64,000 bases of DNA. Source: Macrostomum lignano (lineage: Eukaryota). Made by a program: the position numbers and the translations under genes. The DNA is taken from contig NIVC01000236.1 of NCBI GenBank assembly GCA_002269645.1, positions 124,001 through 188,000 of the forward strand, given 5' to 3'. This document shows positions 1 through 13,100 of this stretch, one piece after another. Position 1 is the first letter of the stretch; each line of letters starts with the position of its first letter. Under the pieces are notes generated by a model. The model saw nothing but the letters and a program-made list of their open reading frames with translations, was not told the DNA's origin and ran no database searches.

Positions 1-1330
1 AGGCGGCCCTGTTTCCTGCAGCGGGCAAGGCAATTAACTGCCCGTCCTCCGATCTGTCGCTTCTGTAAGCCCGCCGGCTTGGCCGTCTGAGCCAGCCTCA
101 GCTTTGATTGGCATCCGGGATGGAGAAAGGGCTCGGGCGAGAAGTGCAAAGCTCCGGCTTTGAATTGTCTTCTGCCGGAAAAAAATCTGTCTGCAGTCCG
201 CAGATGAACAAAATCTCCGTGTATTTTTAAACGCACTGCCTGTTGCAGACAAACCAGTGGAAGTTTGCTGCTGCAAGGGCTCGACTGGTCAGGCCGGGTG
301 TTATTCATCATGGTCCATGCCGGCTACATTATTCAGGTTGGCAGGGACTCCGGGTGACTGGACTGGGGAGGAGGCGGGAGCTGAGGGCAGGCGGGACTCA
401 GGCGGAGCAGTATAGTTAATTTTTCGATTATTTCAACCGGTTTCTCCCAATCTCATAAGCCGGCAGCTCCACCTCGGAGTTCGGATCCCAGCGGTATGGC
501 ATGAAACAGCTGAGCTTGCGCTGCGCAGCCTGTGGGGGAGACGGAATCTGGGGACTTGCAGGAACTGGGAGAAGGAATTAACCTCCGCAATATTAAGTAA
601 TGAAAGTTGAACTTGCGAACATACAATGAAAAATAAGCGCTTCTGAGCAGGGATGCTGGGGGAGCAGGAAGGGAGACAGAGAAGGGGAGAAAGAGAGCGG
701 TGGGGAGGCTGCAGTGGAGATACGCAAGTGCGGTGCCTTTCCTGGTCTGCTGGAATCTGACAGAGAGTTCTAATAAGACCGCGTCGGAACGGGAAAGGAG
801 GCAGGAAGCTGTGAAAGATGATAGAGCCTACAGGCTACAGTCTACAGGCTGGCAGCCGCATCAGATGGACAGTTTTGAGCAGCTGCTCATTATTTGAGCC
901 GGTGCGGATAGCGAGTGGCCCGCATCAAGCTGTCTGAATTGGAAATTGCTACTCTTATCCTGGGTCAGGCTAAATTGCTGTGGATGCAGGACAGAGCGAA
1001 ATGAAAGCAAGAGAAGATGAGATGGAGTTTTGGCAGCTTGAGCTGGTCTGGTTTTTCAATAAAAATGCACTCCGCAATATTCACTACCGCATGCAGGATG
1101 GAGGTGAAAAAAGCTGAAAACCAAGCTGAGGAGGCCAAGATGAGCACTTTCGATATTGCTTCTCCACTCAGACTTCAGTCTCATCTCATGCAACTCACCA
1201 CCTGCAGGCTGCTCAGCTGTGATAAGCTGCGAGTAACTGTGCTTAACTGTGATCTTCACAATCACAGTTGCTTGGACCTCACTGGTTCATATCGCTCGCT
1301 CCGTCCCACTCGCTTGCAGCGCAAACAACG

Positions 1331-1687
1331 ACACACTGACACCGTCACTGTCCCACTCTCTTTGACACAACCCACACTGACACCGTCACTGTCCCACTCT
1401 CTTTGACACAACCCACACTGACACCGTCACTGTCCCACTCTCTTTGACACAACCCACACTGACACCGTCACTGTCCCACTCTCTTTGACACAACCCACAC
1501 TGACACCGTCACTGTCCCACTCTCTTTGACACAACCCACACTGACACCGTCACTGTCCCACTCTCTTTGACACAACCCACACTGACACTCAGTCACTGTC
1601 CCACTCTCTTTGAAACAACCCACACTGACACACTGTCACTGTCCCACTCTCTTTGACACAACCCACACTGACACTCAGTCACTGTCC
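1331..1687. repeat. 41-bp minisatellite (cacactgacaccgtcactgtcccactctctttgacacaacc)
   Basis: About 8.5 tandem copies, with unit starts 41 bp apart (1332, 1373...). Confidence 0.95.
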
Positions 1688-2980
1688 CATTCGCTTGCAG
1701 ATCCGTGGATGCTGCACTAATTTACAACTTACGCTGGGATGCGGGGCGTTGCTGAAGTTGCCATTTGCAGCAGCAGTCGACAGCTCAATTGGAGGGGCAG
1801 TGCTGACCAGCATGGTAGCTCAAGATCTCTTCTGTTGGTCTGTTAGCTCCAGGAAGCGAGTCAGGGGGGTCCTTGCGCCAGGTTGCCTTTTTAGGCTTCG
1901 GAAAATATACTACTGGATAGAAGCTTGCAGTGGTTTGGGTTGAGTTGCCTCCACCCCCTCTACTCGTCCTCCATCCTGATTGGTCTAAAGAGAAGTAAAA
2001 GCATCTGAGGCTGCCCCAAATCCAAAAAATCTCCCTCTTAGCCAAAAATGGGATGAATAACGCGCTCGAAACCCACACTAGCTAATAGCCTCTGAAATCT
2101 CAAACTGAATCTTTCAACTATCGTGACATGAGGTTTTATAAACTGCTTTTTTGCATCAAGTGGTGCCAAATCGATGTGGAATTGGCAGCAATCTGTTCGA
2201 GTGTCAAAGTGCGATCTCGCGAGCTAATTGCATGCAGCCAGCCCCTTTTCTTGTTTGAATGTTGATTTCTGTCTTTCTTTTTTTATAATCTGATACATAA
2301 TATGGGTAGGAAACGTTAATGCATCCTGGCATGGCCGGCCATTGTGTTTTGATTGCTCCGGGCAAACAGAAATTCACCGGATCAGTGCGCTGATTCCAGC
2401 TGACACGCAACGCGATGTACTCCGAAATTTCATCTAATAAGAATCGAGAAATGAAGCCTCCAAACTGCCGTCCCTGCAGCATTCACTCCTAATTCAGCCG
2501 ATCTATCGGACGTCACAATTCGTTAGCAATATGAAGGCATCATCATTGGATAAAAATAAGGTTCAGACAAAAATATGGAGATCTGTCAGACTGTTCCGCG
2601 CTTTTCAGAATGAGTTCCAGCTGCGAAATTAAAGTAGGAGTTATTAGTTGTTAGCAGAAGGGCTTTGGGCACCGCCACAAGTGGAGGCGACAGTAGACGC
2701 GTAGCTAGAGAGGAGGCAACGCTGACTCCTGAGCACGGACACAGGTGTACAGAGCTCCTGACTTTCTCATCATGAGGCATGTACGAGCTACACTCTGCTT
2801 CTGGCCAAGCTGGCACAAGAATGGCACAAGCTTTTCGTGCACGAGCCCCAACTTACTGTTGGCTGCGCACGGAGCCGAGCCAATTGGTACTTTCAATAAT
2901 TAGACGCGTTACTATTGAGCTAATAGGCCTCTGAAGCAGGAATTAGGCTAGTGTTAAATTTGGAGGGAAAAACTCCAAAT

Positions 2981-3702
2981 GGGCTGTGTACTTAAGAGTC
3001 AAAATGGAACCTGAAGCATTGGGTCCCGATTTCTCTACGGGACTACGGGAATGCAGCAGGGTCGGTGCCGTCGATTTTTGGGTAGACGAACCTTCAAAAG
3101 GACAGTAGTGGAGCGGATGAGAGCGGCCGGATCGCGATCACTCGTAGCGGATGGCGACGCTGAAGTCGGGGCAGGATGGGTATTAGCGGTGAGCTGTTGA
3201 TTGAGCAGCTGATTCTGCTGCACATTGCAGTCATGGAGGTGAGGAGGGCGTTGACGTCGTGCAGCAGGTGACGAGGCAGTGATCGGGGATGAGACGGGAA
3301 AATCCAAAGTCGGGGTGGCTGAAGTTGCCGGCTGGCCGCCATGTTCGACGTGCGGCTGCCCCGCAGCATGGGCCGCTTCAGCAGAGGCTGTGGTGTGGTC
3401 GTTCTGGGACTGTTGGATCTGGTCGCCAGATGGGTTAGTCGTTGATCGCGTGATGACCATGCTAACGCTCTGGTCATCTGGTCATCATGGTCATCTCGTC
3501 ATTTAAGTAGTTGAAGCTCCTAGAGCCTTAGCTCGTAAGTTCACATGAAATCCTCATTTATCCCGTTTCTCCCCATAAAGATCCCCAAACGCTAAATTGG
3601 TCGGGTTTTCGGCATAACGGGAGCTATTTGGCTACAAATGAAGGAATTTGCGTAGAGAAATCGGGACCCAATGCTCCATTTTGACTCTTAAGTGCACATC
3701 CC
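2981..3702. mobile_element. Non-autonomous TIR (MITE/Pack-like) element of about 720 bp
   Basis: 2981-3039 (gggctgtgtacttaagagtcaaaatggaacctgaagcattgggtcccgatttctctacg) is the reverse complement of 3651-3702 (cgtagagaaatcgggacccaatgctccattttgactcttaagtgcacatccc), apart from a 7-bp indel and 2 substitutions. No clear TSD and no transposase. Confidence 0.75.
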
Positions 3703-4519
3703 CTTTGCTTAGTAACGTGCACTACAACCGTGAGGCGTCCAAGTACATACATGTGCGAGTATGCTGAGACCATAGTAAATTGAGTCGGCAGCAGTCTGAC
3801 CTAAGCAGCGGGCTGTGTGCAAAACTGTTTACCTATTTACTAAATTAAATTAAATTATATGATTGGATTATTCCGCAGACCCCGTTTGAGCTTCCTTGAC
3901 TGGTTGGATTTCCGCTAGGGCGAACAAATAGACAGACCTTGGTAGCTGAGACGGAAACTCCTGTCACTGATCAGAGGACTGTAAGTTTCCCTTGAAGTAA
4001 TGCTTTTATGTCAAAACAGTGTTATTGCATCCAGCCTTCTCTAGAAATTCCCGCCTACGAACGAGTAAATAAAACTTTCTATATTAGGAAATTTAATCTC
4101 CCGCGAGCACACACATCCCCAATATTCCCGAATTCTAGAACTTTCTGTTAAATTTATCTGTAAATAAAAAGCACCAGACAGTGCAGGTACTAGCTCGTAT
4201 ATACACGGACGGGACGGCCGCCTTTTACGCCTCATTTATTTGAGTTCGCCACAACTGATCCGGTGAGGCGTCAAAAGGACAACTGGTCATCGTCAGGGCA
4301 AAACATTTTTTATGATCAAACGAAAAGTTTTTTTAGCTCGTTACAATAAATAGAGGTACGTATTTATAGTCCAATAGACGGGAGACATGCAGTTGATGGA
4401 CAATTTTTGAAGCACGAGATAGAAAGTTGTGCTTTAGAAAGACAACTAAAGGATAAAGCGATTAAGAGGTCACACACTAATGTGCGCCTCCACACCTCAA
4501 AACACATTTAGTTGTCTTC

Positions 4520-5290
4520 CTCTTCCAAGACAAATATTACCGCCAAATTGCCGACTGTGCCATGGGAAGCCCACTGGCCCCCACCCTTGCAAATATCTGC
4601 ATGAACCACGGGGAGAAGGAATGGCTTAAGCTGTCCTCTACTCCAATGTTTTAATAGACGCTATGCCGATGACACTTTCACCATTTTTGACGCTTATTTA
4701 CTAAAAAGGATGAGTTTCTCAACGCCATCAACTCAACTCGTGAACATCCAATTTACACCGTTGAGGGGTGGCAGGAGTCTCCCCCTCCTCGAAATTGACG
4801 TGTATGCCGGTGAGAGTGGTGTTGTCACTGGCGTCTTCCGCAAACCTAATTTCACAGGCCTCTTTCTGGACCGCTTTTTGTTCGAAATGCATCGGCTCTA
4901 CTAAATAATGTTGGCTCTGACCTTCGTATACCTTCTACTATTGAAGCGATCCACTTTACACTCGAATTAATTGATTGACTGCGACAACCAGAGGGCACTT
5001 CGGCCACACCTGCCTCGGCACATGTCGAACAGCTAGCCTACCCCGATCTCTGACAACAGCGGCCGAAGAACAACAGATCCCAAGAAGCCACATGATGGTG
5101 CCCCGAAATTAGTCTCCTTCACTCCGAGTGAGAGCGGAATCCACCATATGCGCCGTATGAGGGCCAAATATGAGCCGAACACAACAAAACGCGGAGACAT
5201 CTCGGCCACCTACAAAGGATCGACGAGATCACCACTGCACCCAGGACATGATCCGTAACCTCCGGCTTCCGGCCGCATTAAGATTGCAGA
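4520..5290 (+). mobile_element. Degenerate Penelope-like retroelement (RT fragment, possibly GIY-YIG remnant)
   Basis: Translates to FQDKYYRQIADCAMGSPLAPTLANICM..EKEWL, then after a stop/frameshift to RRYADDTFTIF (YADD at 4662-4673), then NIQFT..LPLLEIDV..TGVFRKPNFTGLFL. These match PLE RT/thumb motifs. The 3' boundary is approximate. Confidence 0.8.
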
Positions 5291-7162
5291 CCCCACCTCT
5301 CGTGAGCTGGTCGATATAGGCTCAGCTGTCAGCTCGGCGATTTTGCGGTACATCTCTGATGGTAATGTCGCTAATGGCTAACCGTAGCAGCCATCAGTTG
5401 ATGTCTGCTTGCCCTTGTCTCACACTGTTCTTTCTTTGCTCCCTCCCCATTCATACGCTCACTGTCCTCCCCATTTTGCTGCTTTTGTAGTTGTCGCTTC
5501 GCCAAACCTTAAATGTGCTTTTTGGGCGACAGTAGGCTTCGTGCCAGTGTGTAGGCGTGGTGCGGGTGACACCTGCGTTGCTTATTTATTTATGCTGTCT
5601 TGTAAATTTTGACCTCCTAATACCAAATACCAAGTATATCAATTCATCATAGTTCCTCATAGTCCCTCATATATAATAGTTCGTCATATAGTTCCTCATA
5701 TAGCTGTCCCTCATATAGTTCTTCATATAGTTCCTCTATAGTTCCTCAAGGGGCCGTTGGTAGGATCGTGTCCCCTGCTTGAATCTTCGTGCGGTCTCTC
5801 TCCTCCACGAACCAAGAGGCTTTAATTTGATTAAAATTTAAATTATTTATTTCCTAAAATAAATAAATAAATTAGTCAAAACAAAATGACTCCTATAAGC
5901 ATTTCAACAGTGTGAAATAAATAATATTTTTCGACCTCAATTTCTCTCGATTTTTTAACCAGATTTGAGGCACAGTTGCTTCAGCCCCAGTTGCTTTGTC
6001 AATTTTCAATGTGTGCACGTTGACTTCACTTGAACAATGTACACTAAACACGGCTGCAAATTTAGCTATCGCACGTGTAAGCACGAGCGTACACCTAGAA
6101 TATCAAGTGTACACCGGCCGGGTATGAATGGACGGACAAGAAATGTCTTGGAAAAACCGAGAAAACCACAGCCATCCAAATAGTCATTCAACAATAATAT
6201 AAGAATTGGCCTCCTCTAAGAAACAATCATACGCCCAGTCAATCAATTTAGTCAAGGTTCGAAATAGCTTTTGTGTTGAGACTTGTAATTTTGTGTTTAT
6301 TTTACATTGTGATAGTCAAGGGACTATATACTATAGCTTAAATAAGCTTAATAGTTAATATAGGCCTATCTAGGCCTAGCAGATTAGGCCCTACCTAGCT
6401 GAGTTTTATGATGGTTCATTCATTATTCCAGTAACCATTTCTGCGAAAATTGAATTAAAATATGGCTTATTTTCAAGAAAAAATACTTCATTAAATATCT
6501 AGTTGTAGATCTGCATGGATTGCTAAAAGTAGACCTTTTTATGCATAGATTCTGCATATTATTAGAAGTCTAGATGCTATAAATTGCATTGCAATTTGTT
6601 TTGGATCATGTAGCTTTATAAGGTAATAGCTTACTTTACTAATTATTGTATTAGCAAAACATAGTTATCTTAATATTATTAAGCCTACCTTAGGCTTAGA
6701 AATCCTTATTTGTTGCAGGGCCTATTTTTGCATTTTTATAGAAAGGGAAGAAAGCTATTGCACTTAAAGTTCAAGGAGTCTAGCATAGGCCCTAGTAGGC
6801 CCCTATCTTAATATTAATGATCTTGATATTTAACTTGATATTTTACATTATTTTTTTTACCAAAAATTAGCTTATAGCCAATAAAGGATATTCCTAACAT
6901 TCATGAGCAATATAATTATTCATTTTTGTATAGGGCCTAATATAAATATATAATGTCTACTTTACTATTTACAACTACTAGAATTAGCCATATAATTATT
7001 TTAAACCCACTGCCCTGGCCTTATTTATTTTTAACCCTATATTAGACCTAAGCTAAAATCCAGTTTCTGTTTAAGTACTATTTTTTATGCTGGTTAATAA
7101 TAAGTCTTAATGCCTTATACTTTAATGCATGTATCAAACTATTGCATAAGATTGGCCTAGAA

Positions 7163-10100
7163 ATGCCAACAGCTACAAGTCATGTGGCTAATGAGGACAG
7201 CCGATGCCAGTTGCAATTGGAGGTGCACTGGCCGGAGCTACGCCGCTTTCTGCCAAATATTCTTAGCTACAATGAGGATTTACAAAAGTGCATTGCGCAG
7301 TGTGAGTTATTTGTTTATCAAATGGACTTGGGTAGCAGCAGCTTTCTGAATCACTGTGGCATTGGGGAGGGTAGCAGCAGCTCTCTGAATCACTGTGGCA
7401 TTGGGGAGGGTAGCAGCAGCTCTCTGAATCACTGTGGCATTGGGGAGGGGAGCAGCAGCTCTCTGAATCACTGTGGCATTGGGGAGGGGAGCAGCAGCTC
7501 TCTGAATCACTGTGGCATTGGGGAGGGGAGCAGCAGCTCTCTGAATCACTGTGGCATTGGGGAGGGGAGCAGCAGCTCTCTGAATCACTGTGGCATTGGG
7601 GAGGGTAGCAGCAGCTCTCTGAATCACTGTGGCATTGGGGAGAATAGCAGCAGCTCTCTGAATGACTGGCATTGGGGAGAATAGCAGCAGCTCTCTGAAT
7701 GACTGGCATTGGGGAGGGTAGCAGCAGCTCTCTGAATGACTGGCATTGGGGAGGGTAGCAGCAGCTCTCTGAATGACTGGCATTGGGGAGGGTGCAGCAG
7801 CTCTCTGAATCACTGTGGCATTGGGGAGGGGAGCAGCAGCTCTCTGAATCACTGTGGCATTGGGGAGGGTAGCAGCAGCTCTCTGAATCACTGTGGCATT
7901 GGGGAGGGTAGCAGCAGCTCTCTGAATGACTGGCATTGGGGAGGGTAGCAGCAGCTCTCTGAATGACTGGCATTGGGGAGGGTAGCAGCAGCTCTCTGAA
8001 TGACTGGCATTGGGGAGGGTAGCAGCAGCTCTCTGAATCACTGGCATTGGGGAGGGTAGCAGCAGCTCTCTGAATGACTGGCATTGGGGAGGGTAGCAGC
8101 AGCTCTCTGAATCACTGTGGCATTGGGGAGGGTAGCAGCAGCTCTCTGAATGGCTGGCATTGGGGAGGGTAGCAGCAGCTCTCTGAATCACTGGCATTGG
8201 GGAGGGTGCAGCAGCTCTCTGAATCACTGTGGCATTGGGGAGGGTAGCAGCAGCTCTCTGAATCACTGTGGCATTGGGGAGGGTAGCAGCAGCTCTCTGA
8301 ATGGCTGTGGCATTGGGGAGGGTAGCAGCATTTAAATTCACTCTGATTTGTGAATTCACCAATCAACTCTCACTGTTAGCGGATCTCAACGAGCTTTCGC
8401 TGATGTTTGAAGTATTAATACCTGACAACTCGGCGCAGAATCTTGAGCAGATCTACGGGCTGAATGACCTGGTATTTGAGAAGCTGCGCGAGTCGAGACT
8501 AGAGAAAAAGTACTTTCACTTCTGCGAGCTGCTGGAGAGGCGTAAGTATTTCTCAGCGCAAGCTGCTTACCAAGAGTGTACATGCTGGTTTAAATGTCCT
8601 TAAATTTTACCTTTTGTGATGTGCAGGACTGGTGAAGTAGAGTGGTAAGATGCTTAAGGGATGTAAGTAGACTGGTGAGATACGGTAGGACATACGGAGT
8701 GGACTGGTGAGATACGGTAGGACATACAGAGTGGACTGGTGAGATACGGTAGGACATACGGAGTGGACTGGTGAGATACGGTAGGACATACAAAGACGGA
8801 TTGGTGAGATACGGTAGGACATACGGAGTGGACTGGTGAGATACGGTAGGACATACAGAGTGGACTGGTGAGATACAGTAGGACATACAAAGACGGATTG
8901 GTGAGATACGGTAGGACATACGGAGTGGACTGGTGAGATACGGTAGGACATACAGAGACGGACTGGTGAGATACGGTAGGACATACAAAGACGGATTGGT
9001 GAGATACAGTAGGACATACAGAGACGGACTGGTGAGATACGGTAGGACATACAAAGACCGATTGGTGAGATACAGTAGGACATACAAAGACGGATTGGTG
9101 AGATACAGTAGGACATACAAAGACGGATTGGTGAGATACAGTAGGACATACAAAGACGGATTGGTGAGATACGGTAGGACATACAAAGACGGATTGGTGA
9201 GATACGGTAGGACATACGGAGTGGACTGGTGAGATACGGTAGGACATACAGAGACGGACTGGTGAGATACGGTAGGACATACAAAGACGGATTGGTGAGA
9301 TACAGTAGGACATACAGAGACGGACTGGTGAGATACGGTAGGACATACAAAGACGGATTGGTGAGATACAGTAGGACATACAAAGACGGATTGGTGAGAT
9401 ACAGTAGGACATACAAAGACGGATTGGTGAGATACAGTAGGACATACAAAGACGGATTGGTGAGATACGGTAGGACATACAAAGACGGACTGGTGAGATA
9501 CGGTAGGACATACAAAGACGGATTGGTGAGATACAGTAGGACATACAAAGACGGATTGGTGAGATACAGTAGGACATACAAAGACGGATTGGTGAGATAC
9601 GGTAGGACATAAGAAGTTGACGCCGCGCCTTGCAGAGCGCTTCACCGAGGCCGTGGCGCTGCTGAAACGGCGCCGCTCTGAGTCGGAGCGCCGGCTGCTG
9701 GACTGCCTGGCTGAGCACTACCGGCATTGCCTGCTGGGCAGCGATGGCAAGTCGGGCGAGAACGACAGCCTGGTGAACGACCTGCTGCTGACCACGCTGT
9801 GTGACTTTAACGCCCTGACTGAAAATGACGTTGAAGACGTGCGCAAAAGTGAACGAAGTAGGTGGTTGGAGCGCGCGTGTAGGGAAAGCATAGGAATTCC
9901 TTTACGGGTGTTTCCCACATCTCTCCTTCATCCTATCTCACCAATCCCATCTCTCCGATTCTATCTCCTCAATCCCATCTCTTCGATCCCATCTCCCCAA
10001 TCCCATCTCTTCGATCCCATATCTCCTATCCTATCTCTCCGATCCAATCTCCCCAATCCCATCTTCCCAATCCCATCTCCCCCATCCCATCTCTCCGATC

Positions 10101-13100
10101 CCATCTCTCCGATCTTATCTCCCAATCCCATCTCTCCAATCCTATCCCCAATCTCATCTCTTTGATCCCATCTCCTCAATCCCATCTTACCGATTCCACT
10201 CCCCCAATCCCATCTCTCTAATCCTATGTCCCTCATTCTCCCAGTTATCTCCCTATTCCGTCTCCCTAATTCTATCTCCCCTAACATGTCTCAGTGATCC
10301 AATCTACCAAATTACGCCCCGATCCCATCTCCCCGCATTAATCAGTCCATTTTGCAACCAAATCCGGATGTCAAAGTACAAATACCCAGCTATCGCAGTA
10401 CTGCAGTATCTATACGCTGTCTTGCTCTGTTTATCTCATATCAATCCAATCCTCTCACAAACTATCCTACCTTGCCTGTTTTACCTGAGTCAGGTGCACA
10501 AGAAAATTTTCCCAATACAATTAATTTTGCAATCGCTAATATTTTAGAGATGCCAGCGCTTCTATCAGTGCTGATGAAGCACGAGGAGTGGCCAGCCAAG
10601 TTTCTGACAGCTATTGTGTACTCTGAGGGGAACTGCCATCACCTGGAGAGGCTGCTGCCCGGCTTTGAGGAGTATCTGGTGCAGGGTGAGGACTGGTCTA
10701 GGTTTCCAGTTGGGTTGCAGCATTTAATAATGGTTTCCATGCTTTGTCTTAGGTTACATGCTTAAGTTTACAGTTCACGCTTTAAGTTATGTTTCGGCTG
10801 AGTACATGCTTTAGGTAATGTTTGGGTTAGAGTACATGCTTTAGGTAATGTTTGGGTTAGAATACATGCTTTAGGTAATGTTTTGGTTAGAATACATGCT
10901 TTAGGTAATGTTTGGGTTAGAGTACATGCTTTAGGTCAGGGGTCGGCAAACTCCGGCTTGCAGCTCACGAAGCCTCTCTAGCCGGCCCTCGTGTCTTTTG
11001 ATTCTTCATATTAGCAATCTGGCTTGCTTTTGAGTACAGGCACATACCTTAACCCACTCAAGGTCTGTCTCTTCCCAGCTCCCCTTCTCTTCTCTCCTCT
11101 CTCCCCTCTATCTTTTTCTCTGTTCTCTCCTCTCCCCTCTTAGGTCTCTCCCTCCTCTCCCCTCTTCTCTTAACTCTCATCTTCTACTCCCTCTCCTTTC
11201 CTGTCACCTGGCCCGCAGCCATGAGCTGGATTGTTTATTTGGCCCTTTTTAGGTAAAAAAAAGTTTGCCGACCTCTGCAGCTTTAGGTTATGTTTGGGTT
11301 GGGTTACTGGCTTACAGATCAGTTTGATCCTGTATTTACACATCAGCTAGCGGTAAGGTAACTCGTGCATACTGCTAACATTACCACCACCCGCGCCAGG
11401 CCAGCGCTGCAGCCTTGCGGACCTGCAGAGGCGCCTGGACGAGACTGGCGCTGAGCGCGACAGAGCCGAGCAAATTGTCCGGACCGCCTTCGACTCGTTC
11501 ATCCGCGCCAATGCCTACGCCTTCGAGGAGCTGCCGTCGGAATTCGCTGAAACGACTAGGGAAGACCCGGCTGCGAAAGCGGCTGCAGCCAGCGGCGGAG
11601 GCGACATCGGCCCGCAGCTGCCAGTCGGCGCAGCCTCACAGGAGGAGGCTGAGGTGGAGGAGGCGGAGCGCAGCAGCAGGCAGCAGATGCGGGCTTACCA
11701 GCTGGAGCTGGCGGAGGCGGGCCTGGCCGGCCGCAACTGCATGGTGGTGGCGCCCACCGGCTCCGGCAAGACTCTGGTGGGCATCGAGATCGCTGCCCGC
11801 CGCCTGGCTGAGGATCCGGACGGAGCCAAGGTGCGGCGGGGCTGCTTGCGAACCCCGGGGATGATCTCAAAAAGGAAGATCCGATGTCAACTGGCGTCAG
11901 TCTAAAAAATAAAAATCAAACAAGATACCAACTTCTCTAAGCCTGACTTTACACTGCCGAGCCTCTCAGACCCACAGAAGTCTTCAGGGCTCCATGCTTA
12001 CAGATTAATCAAATTTGACAATCATTTGAATCCCAGTAATCCCAGGAATTATGAAATTATTGATACTTCAAACTACTTGAAAATAGCCCGATACCAAAAT
12101 TGAAGTTAACCTGTCATGCCATACGCACTGACACAAAAACCCAGGTCACTCTCCCCAAGAATTTTGCTATTTTTCAATACTTGCTACTAACTACGATTAA
12201 GTAGAGCAGCTAGCGTATGCAAATTCTATTTTATAAACTGATGCTAAAACTGGCCAATCCCAGGTGGCGTTTCTGGCCGACCGCACGCAGCTGGTTGATC
12301 AGCAGTACGCGGCATTCAAAAACGGCCTGCCCGAGCCGCATCGAAGTCGCGTCATCTGCGTTCGCGGCGGCTCAGTGGAGCAGTTCCCGCTGTCCTATTC
12401 ACTGCGGGATCACTCTGTGCTGGTGCTGAGCACCCAGATACTGCTCAACAATCTGCTAGATGAGAGCGAGGACGGCCTGGCCGGGGACGTTGCCAAGTTC
12501 AGTCTGCTGATCTTCGACGAGTGCCACCACTGTGACAAGGACCACCCTAGCAAGAAGATCATGGATCTTTACTTTCAGGTCTGGTGCGGCCTCATATTTA
12601 TCGGCCGGTGGGTTGTCAAGCGACTCACCCGTGAGAGCCAACCCCCAGGCCACACAGAGTGTACCTGCCTAAGGTTTAGAAAGTCAAGCCCCTGTACACC
12701 CTGTGTGAGCGTGTGTATGAGTGCATTCCTGTGTAAAGTATTGTGTTTACTGATGGAGTTGTGCAGATGAAGATGGAGATACACATTTTACTGATGATTA
12801 AATCTGATCACTGAATGCCACTACAACTGAGTGCATAAGCGGCCGTGATGTCAGAGGTCTTTAGGCACTTAATTACTGCATTTTTGTCAATAAACATATC
12901 GGACACCAACCCGATGTTAACAATGACGGCTGCTAGGACTGAGGTGATCTGACAGTTATAGTGACGGGGGGCATCACAAGCCCGCAAAATCACAGCCTCC
13001 GAAAGGCGCTTACCATCATAATTCATAAACCCGAAATATCACAATTCTGAAAATCAAAATACCATTGGTCGTTGTTAGAACTTTCGGAATTGTGATTTTT

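Noticed and set aside
3879-3980. Exon-like segment bounded by ttccgcag and gtaagt
   Set aside because: All three frames contain stops and no partner exons were found. At most it is a non-coding exon, which I cannot support.
7263-9727. Long ORFs (273-357 aa) on both strands over RLR introns 1-2, and similar ORFs at 23825-24374, 26471-27014, 32061-32845 and 45883-46798
   Set aside because: They are translations of stop-free minisatellite units lying inside introns or intergenic DNA, with periodic peptides and no domain content.
10745-10940. Interstitial telomeric repeat (also the TTAG array at 44570-45003)
   Set aside because: Units contain tttgggttag or TTAG, not tandem TTAGGG/TTAGG.
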